Virus record (IMG/VR): IMGVR_UViG_3300007512_001547
Span: 1 to 64,000 of that record
Strand: one strand, 5' to 3'
Length of the DNA: 64,000 nt
From: a virus
Shown here: positions 58,202 through 64,000 of the stretch, in pieces
Layout: every line of letters begins with the position of its first letter
Position numbering within the stretch: position 1 is the stretch's first letter
The notes under the pieces: generated by a model
Database searches by the model: none
Told to the model about the DNA's origin: nothing
The model's input: only the letters and a program-made list of their open reading frames with translations
Position numbers and translations under genes: made by a program

Positions 58202-60544
58202 ATGTTAGAAGCAAACGAAAGCCTAGAAAACATATTCGAAAACGCAGTTAAAGAAGCAGAGAATAGAAAACACGAATACGTTACTATTGAACACGTACTT
58301 CTTGCACTTATAAAAGACGAACATATTAGCACAACACTAACTGAATTTAAAATAAATGTTGCAGGACTAATAAAAGATATTGCAGAATACCTTGATACTA
58401 AATGTAATGATATTATTTCAAAAGCTACAACTAAGGTAGTTCCAAGAAAAACTGCTTCATTAGAAAGATTAATGAATAGAGCGTTTACTCAAGCACTATT
58501 CCAAGGTAGACAAGATGTATCATCAATTGATATTTTAATATCTATATTTTCTGAAAAGAAAAGTTATGGTGCATTTTTCTTAAAGAAACATCAAGTAAAC
58601 AAACAAGATTTACTTGATTTAGTATCAACTGAAACTATACTCGATGAAGGTATGGCAACTTTAGGTGGAGGTTTAAGTGGAGGTCAACCACAATCAGAAC
58701 AAAAACTAAGACCTAACCAAGCAGATAGAGTATTAAAGAGTTATTGTGAAAATTTAAACCAAAAATATTTTGATAAGAAAATTGATCCTGTTATAGGCAG
58801 AGAAGACGAAACAAATCAATTAAAACAGATATTAGCAAGAAGAAATAAAAATAATGTATTAATAGTAGGTGATCCTGGTGTTGGTAAGACAGCAGTGGTA
58901 GAAGGACTAGCAAGACGTATTGCAAAAAACAAAGATGATGTACCTGAATACATTAAGGATCACATAGTTTGGAATTTAGATGTAAACTCTTTAATAGCAG
59001 GATCTAAATTTAGAGGAGATTTTGAAGAAAGATTAAAACTAATTGTAAATGCATTAGACCAAAAAGGCAAATCGATATTGTTTATTGATGAAGCACATAT
59101 GATGGTTGGTGCTGGTGCTACTGGAAGTGGTAATAGCATGGATATGGCTAATATGATTAAACCTGCATTACTAAAAGGTAACATAAAAGTAATTGCATCT
59201 ACTACATGGGAAGAATATAGAAAATATTTTGAAAAAGATAGAGCATTAATGAGAAGGTTCCAAAGATTACAAATAGGTGAGCCTAAAAATGAAACTGCGA
59301 TTAAAATATTAAAAGGTGTAAAACAATATTATGAAAAGTTTCATAAATGCACAATTACTGATGAGGCTTGTGAAGACGCAGTAGAATATTCATCAAAATT
59401 TATAGCAGATAAAAAATTACCTGACAAAGCAATTGATATTATCGACGTTGCCTGTGCAAGATTAAGATTAAATGGAACTAAAGATGGTAAAATAGATCAC
59501 GAAGAAATTATACACGAGATTGCGGCAATAACTGGTATTAGTATTGAACAATTATCTCAAAAACAAGCAAGTAATTTAAAAACATTAGAAGAAAAAATGA
59601 AATTACAAGTGTTTGGGCAAGATAAAGCAATTAACACTATTGTAGACAAAATATTAGTTGCAAGAGCAGGATTAAAAACTTTAAACAAACCAATTGGTTC
59701 ATTTTTATTTTTAGGACCAACAGGTTGTGGTAAAACTGAAACTGCAAGACAATTAGCAAAAACTTTAGGTGTTGAACTATTAAGATTTGACATGTCAGAA
59801 TATCAAGAGAAACATTCTATTGCAAAACTAATTGGATCACCTCCAGGTTACGTTGGATTTGAAGATACTACAATGGGTGGTGGTATGTTTATAAACGAAG
59901 TAGAAAAAAATCCACACGCAGTTGTATTATTTGATGAAGTAGAAAAAGCACATCGTGATGTATCTAATATGTTGTTACAAGTTATGGACTATGGTACAGT
60001 GACTGGTTCTAATGGTAAAAAAGCAGATTGTAGGAATATTACACTTATTATGACTTCTAACCTAGGTGCAGAAGAAATGGAAAGAAACAGTATTGGCTTT
60101 GGTCCTAGTGAAAGAACAGGCGAAGATGATGCCGCATTAAAACGATTCTTCCCACCAGAATTTAGAAACAGATTAGATGCAACAATTAAATTTGATAAAC
60201 TAGCAAAAGACACAATGAAATTAATTGTTAAAAAATTCTTAGCAGAACTTAATGCAATGACCATTGAGAAAAATGTAGAAGTTAATGCTACCAACGAAGC
60301 TATTGAATTTTTAATTAAAAAAGGATTTAATTCTAAAATGGGAGCAAGACCTTTACAAAGAGTTATTGATGATGAAATTAAAAAACCATTATCTCGAATG
60401 ATCTTGTTTGGTGAACTTACAGAAGGCGGAATGGTAGAAGTAAATTTATCTAACGACGTTATACCAAAACTTACAGTTGCATTTAAAACAACTAAAATTA
60501 TAGATAATTTTAAACCTAAAATTAAAAATGAGAATCCATCATAA
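58202..60544 (+). CDS. clpA: ATP-dependent Clp protease ATPase ClpA
   Basis: N-domain HEYVTIEHVLLAL; GDPGVGKT and GPTGCGKT Walker A; no M-domain; IGF loop; GARPL. Confidence 0.96.
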   Translation: MLEANESLENIFENAVKEAENRKHEYVTIEHVLLALIKDEHISTTLTEFKINVAGLIKDIAEYLDTKCNDIISKATTKVVPRKTASLERLMNRAFTQALFQGRQDVSSIDILISIFSEKKSYGAFFLKKHQVNKQDLLDLVSTETILDEGMATLGGGLSGGQPQSEQKLRPNQADRVLKSYCENLNQKYFDKKIDPVIGREDETNQLKQILARRNKNNVLIVGDPGVGKTAVVEGLARRIAKNKDDVPEYIKDHIVWNLDVNSLIAGSKFRGDFEERLKLIVNALDQKGKSILFIDEAHMMVGAGATGSGNSMDMANMIKPALLKGNIKVIASTTWEEYRKYFEKDRALMRRFQRLQIGEPKNETAIKILKGVKQYYEKFHKCTITDEACEDAVEYSSKFIADKKLPDKAIDIIDVACARLRLNGTKDGKIDHEEIIHEIAAITGISIEQLSQKQASNLKTLEEKMKLQVFGQDKAINTIVDKILVARAGLKTLNKPIGSFLFLGPTGCGKTETARQLAKTLGVELLRFDMSEYQEKHSIAKLIGSPPGYVGFEDTTMGGGMFINEVEKNPHAVVLFDEVEKAHRDVSNMLLQVMDYGTVTGSNGKKADCRNITLIMTSNLGAEEMERNSIGFGPSERTGEDDAALKRFFPPEFRNRLDATIKFDKLAKDTMKLIVKKFLAELNAMTIEKNVEVNATNEAIEFLIKKGFNSKMGARPLQRVIDDEIKKPLSRMILFGELTEGGMVEVNLSNDVIPKLTVAFKTTKIIDNFKPKIKNENPS

Positions 60545-61208
60545 TAAATTATATTACGGTAAGTACCAATTTAAAAATATCTTTAAAATGCCATGGGCAG
60601 GTATTTTATATCCCACAACAGATCAAAAACTTTTAGAGATGATTCAAGGTAAAGATAAAAGTGTAAGGTATCTTAATACAAAATGGTATAAAACATCACC
60701 AGATGTAATTAAATTAGCACAATTTATTTTAGATCATAGAACAAAAATGAAATTTAGGCTACAACAAAAGTATGCAATTTTTTATTCTAATAAAAGTCTG
60801 GCACAATTATTAATTGAAACATTTTGGGATTCTTGGTATGGAGCAAAAAGCATTGATCCAAAATATAATAAATTAGGTAAAAATACAATTGGGTGTCGAA
60901 GATTACCACACGACAAATATCAATATCAAATACATTTAAAGAAAGACGTACATCAACATATTACAAAACAAGAAAGACAAAACCTATGGCACTTCTTAGA
61001 ACGAAATGTGGATAACTGTTTAGTTACTAACAAATATGTATTAGACTATCTTGAAGGAAAATATCCACATTGTTATCACGGGTATTTTTATGTAAGTGAG
61101 CAAAAAATGTTAACTCCAATCTATATGTTAGCACAAAAAGCAATAGATAAAGTTATAAAATATGTAAAAATAAAAAATGAAAGCAATAAAAAAATTAAAA
61201 GAAAATAA
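60528..61208 (+). CDS. Hypothetical protein
   Basis: 226-aa aromatic/basic ORF. Confidence 0.75.
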   Translation: MRIHHNKLYYGKYQFKNIFKMPWAGILYPTTDQKLLEMIQGKDKSVRYLNTKWYKTSPDVIKLAQFILDHRTKMKFRLQQKYAIFYSNKSLAQLLIETFWDSWYGAKSIDPKYNKLGKNTIGCRRLPHDKYQYQIHLKKDVHQHITKQERQNLWHFLERNVDNCLVTNKYVLDYLEGKYPHCYHGYFYVSEQKMLTPIYMLAQKAIDKVIKYVKIKNESNKKIKRK

Positions 61209-61473
61209 TATATTTGGGGAAGATTCTATTGTAGAGTCCTTTATTGAAAAACAATTATGGGGAACACCGTTTTTTAAGAAAGCATATTTACGAGTAAAAA
61301 TTGCAAAAAATAATTATTGTATTTGTGAAGAACGTGGTGAGGCTGACGGTAAAGCACACAAAATAAAATACATTAATATACTGACTGTTGATGGGCAAGA
61401 ACCAAACGAATTGGCCGCAGTATATGGATTAGGTCCAAAAACCGAAAGATTCAAGAAGCATAGAAACAAATAA
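61177..61473 (+). CDS. Hypothetical protein
   Basis: 98-aa overlapping ORF. Confidence 0.7.
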   Translation: MKAIKKLKENNIFGEDSIVESFIEKQLWGTPFFKKAYLRVKIAKNNYCICEERGEADGKAHKIKYINILTVDGQEPNELAAVYGLGPKTERFKKHRNK

Positions 61474-61483
61474 ATAACAACAA

Positions 61484-62059
61484 ATGGCACAGACAAGCAC
61501 AACAGTATTAGCATCAAAGTCACATAAAGCAAACGTAACAGGTACGGATATCAGTTTTACTGCTACAGGTAGTGAATATAAAATTTCAGCAACAAGCACT
61601 ACATTAAACAATTTTGCGGTACGTGATTTAATTACAGTATCAGGAACTACAAACAACAATTCAACGTTTACTGTAAAAACTGTATCATCTAGCACAGAAC
61701 TTATTGTCGAAGAAATTGTTACAACAGAAACATCAGATGGTTCTACTACAACTACTTTAGATCATACTGGATTTGTTTCTAATAAAATTAAAGGTGATGG
61801 ATATTATTCACAACCAGACGGTGTACATACTGTGGCACACAAAGTTTCTGCAACATTAACTGGTGCAATTAAAATGCAGGGTTCACTTGCAACAACACCA
61901 TCTGAAGATGACTGGTTTGATATTTCAGGCACTACATTTACAACAGATCAAAGCACTACAATATCTAGTTCCAATTTTACTGGCAATTTTGTTTGGGTTA
62001 GAGCAAAAGCAACATCAGTTACAGCCGGTACAATAACTTCTACACAATTAAATCACTAA
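61484..62059 (+). CDS. Probable virion structural protein
   Basis: Thr/Ser-rich beta protein after TAAATA; GDGYY, DWFDI, NFTGNFVWVRA. Confidence 0.6.
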   Translation: MAQTSTTVLASKSHKANVTGTDISFTATGSEYKISATSTTLNNFAVRDLITVSGTTNNNSTFTVKTVSSSTELIVEEIVTTETSDGSTTTTLDHTGFVSNKIKGDGYYSQPDGVHTVAHKVSATLTGAIKMQGSLATTPSEDDWFDISGTTFTTDQSTTISSSNFTGNFVWVRAKATSVTAGTITSTQLNH

Positions 62060-62121
62060 CTTATCCACAATTACCAAAAATAAACCGTTGATTTACTAGG
62101 TCTATATAAGACCAACTTTGG

Positions 62122-62149
62122 TTGACATTTACCATTAATATGCTATACT
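62122..62149 (+). promoter_or_regulatory. Sigma70-type promoter with extended -10
   Basis: TTGACA-16 nt (ending TGc)-TATACT, 7 nt before ATG. Confidence 0.7.
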
Positions 62150-62156
62150 AGTATTA

Positions 62157-62342
62157 ATGGACGATAAAGAAATTGAAAAAATACAAACAATAGATATTAC
62201 AGTTACAGCTGAATCATTAGATGCTCATGTAATTTGTCTAAGACAAAATGGGTATTCCGTACAAAAAGCATATTATAGATTAACACAATTAGCAATAGCA
62301 TTTTTATTAGGTGCATTTATAATGGGTACTATATTAAAATGA
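62157..62342 (+). CDS. Small membrane protein
   Basis: C-terminal hydrophobic helix; ATGA-coupled to next gene. Confidence 0.65.
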   Translation: MDDKEIEKIQTIDITVTAESLDAHVICLRQNGYSVQKAYYRLTQLAIAFLLGAFIMGTILK

Positions 62343-64000
62343 CATCTAAATTTAAAAATACAATATTAGCTGGATTGGCAGGATTATCATTAACCGCTTG
62401 TGGTGGAGGAGGTGGTGGTGCTCCGGGTGCCGTTAACGATTTTATTAATGATGATTTATCCAATTTATCAGGTTCTGAATCTATTGTAAGTTCATATTCA
62501 AGTTTATTATCAAGTTTTCAATCAACTATATCAGGTGGTGATTATTCTGCCATACAGGCAGTATTAACAGGACCTAATGCAGAAGATATTGCAACCGCAA
62601 ATACATTATTAGGACAACTTAATCAAGCAGAAGCACTTTGGTCAGCAACAGAAGATTTAATCGCACAACAAAGCGATGGTGACAAATACACAATTTATAA
62701 CTCTAACTCATACAAAGAAGCATATGCGGCCATTCTCTATATGAAAAATTATGTTAAACCTATTATACAAAAAGTATCAAATGGTAATGCAGTTTCTATT
62801 ACAGAATATAATTTAGTTGTAAAAGAAGCTAAAGCACAAGAAATTATTAATATAGAAAAAGATACAACTGCAACAAGTTATGCTGAAACTAAAAAAATTA
62901 AAAGTACGGCAACAATTGCTGGCACACCTACAATTTCTACTGTTGATTCACAAGGTGAAGTACAATCATCTACTAGTTCATGGGTAACTGTATATCAAGG
63001 GGGTGGACAAGAAACAAGAACAATTACAACTACTACACCTAATTATCGAACTACTACAACAACACCTTGTACGATAGTTAGAACGACTTTATTAAATGGT
63101 TCAACTGTTGATAGTGCCTGCACATATGGAACACCGACTGTTTCTACAACAACTTTAGACCCAACAATTACAGAAGTTACTGAAACTAGAGAAGGAGACA
63201 ATCCAGTTACAGGTACAACAACATTAGAAGCAACAGTAACTACGGTTACTGAAACAAGCGACAACTATGTTGTAACAAATTATGCAGATGGTGACGAACA
63301 AACATCTACTACAAATGGCACGACAACAACTACAACTGCTAATAGAGATGTAGTAACTGACGTTAACAATGGAAACAATACTACAACAAGAACGACAGTT
63401 AGATATGTTGATACTACCGTGACAACTCCTGTAACAACAAGAGTATATTTTGTTAGAACATACACAGATATTACAAAGAAAAATACAAGAACAATTACAA
63501 CTACTACACCTAAAATACAAAACACATACAAAGATGGTACAACTGAAATTATAAATGGTACTGCAACAGTAGTGACTGGCGACTGGGTGGCTTCTACTAT
63601 TGATACTTCTACAAGAACCGAAGAAAGAGAAGTAAGTTCAACAACTGCAAACACAGTTAGTACAACTGCTGATTCAGGTACACAGATTGCACAGGTTGTT
63701 ATATCAAATGCATACACAGATACAGATAACACACTTGGAACAAAAACAGAAAATATGTCTACAGTTGTATCAGATCATAAAACTACTGAATTTAATAGAA
63801 ACCACGGATTGAATACAATAAATGCCGCGGAGGCTTATGCTAAAGGGTGGACAGGTAAAGGTGCAGTATTAGGAGTAATTGATACATACCAACAAACTAA
63901 TCACCCAGAATTAAATGGCAAATATAAATTTTACAATGATTATACAAGATATGACAACACGGTATCTACTTCAGGTAATACACAGGTTCACGGTACACAC
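62339..64000 (+). CDS. Lipidated S8 subtilase (NalP/SphB1-like), 3'-truncated by window end; absent from ORF track
   Basis: Open frame to window end: MTSKFKNTILAGLAGLSLTA-CGGGGGG lipobox, Thr-rich linker, INAAEAYAKGWTGKGAVLGVIDT (catalytic Asp) and final HGTH (catalytic His). Confidence 0.85.
   Translation, partial: MTSKFKNTILAGLAGLSLTACGGGGGGAPGAVNDFINDDLSNLSGSESIVSSYSSLLSSFQSTISGGDYSAIQAVLTGPNAEDIATANTLLGQLNQAEALWSATEDLIAQQSDGDKYTIYNSNSYKEAYAAILYMKNYVKPIIQKVSNGNAVSITEYNLVVKEAKAQEIINIEKDTTATSYAETKKIKSTATIAGTPTISTVDSQGEVQSSTSSWVTVYQGGGQETRTITTTTPNYRTTTTTPCTIVRTTLLNGSTVDSACTYGTPTVSTTTLDPTITEVTETREGDNPVTGTTTLEATVTTVTETSDNYVVTNYADGDEQTSTTNGTTTTTTANRDVVTDVNNGNNTTTRTTVRYVDTTVTTPVTTRVYFVRTYTDITKKNTRTITTTTPKIQNTYKDGTTEIINGTATVVTGDWVASTIDTSTRTEEREVSSTTANTVSTTADSGTQIAQVVISNAYTDTDNTLGTKTENMSTVVSDHKTTEFNRNHGLNTINAAEAYAKGWTGKGAVLGVIDTYQQTNHPELNGKYKFYNDYTRYDNTVSTSGNTQVHGTH

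Noticed and set aside
58050-58208. Alternative 52-aa ORF MENFRWNLQ... before clpA
   Set aside because: Composition not protein-like compared with the overlapping -1 frame; no supporting motif
63043-63732. Val-rich minus-strand ORFs near the window end
   Set aside because: Shadows of the Thr-rich plus-strand subtilase frame starting at 62339
1-64000. tRNA, rRNA, riboswitch (including a cobalamin riboswitch before the TonB receptor), integrase or transposase
   Set aside because: None recognised by eye; the receptor gene overlaps sufC, leaving no leader; intergenic gaps are short. tRNAscan/Infernal would be needed to exclude formally
1-64000. Alternative genetic code (stop-codon reassignment seen in some large phages)
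   Set aside because: Conserved proteins are full length under the standard code with TAA, TAG and TGA all used as stops

Overview
AT-rich, densely coding, almost entirely plus-strand 64-kb segment that reads as part of a large T4-superfamily-like (jumbo) myovirus genome. The host is probably a Gram-negative marine alphaproteobacterium; DnaK, SufB and PurF look alphaproteobacterial/SAR11-like, which is an inference. Phage evidence: T4 gp9/gp10-like fibre proteins, a baseplate wedge-like protein, a gp44-like clamp loader, ThyX, a GroES-like protein, an endolysin plus two-component spanins, a split DnaE fragment, recurrent TAA(A/G)TA late-promoter motifs, and no rRNA, tRNA or ribosomal-protein genes seen. 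The window carries much host-derived cargo. Proteostasis: Hsp20, DnaK, ClpS, DnaJ, PDF, ClpA, GroES-like, HtrA. Cofactor supply: SufB/C/D/E, an A-type carrier, a BtuB-like receptor, a B12 radical SAM enzyme and an Fe-S-type PurF. Also several sugar/modification enzymes and a lipidated subtilase missing from the ORF track. The most striking locus is 22157-33049. A 1696-aa FecR/retention-module protein with an acidic heptad stalk and cadherin repeats is followed by a structurally reduced type I secretion module: TolC with a long N-terminal extension, an ABC membrane domain with no ATPase, and an HlyD with no alpha-hairpin. A CHASE2 adenylate cyclase and two small paralogous membrane proteins follow, all behind late-type promoters. 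This is a candidate phage-encoded trans-envelope sensing or adhesion system.
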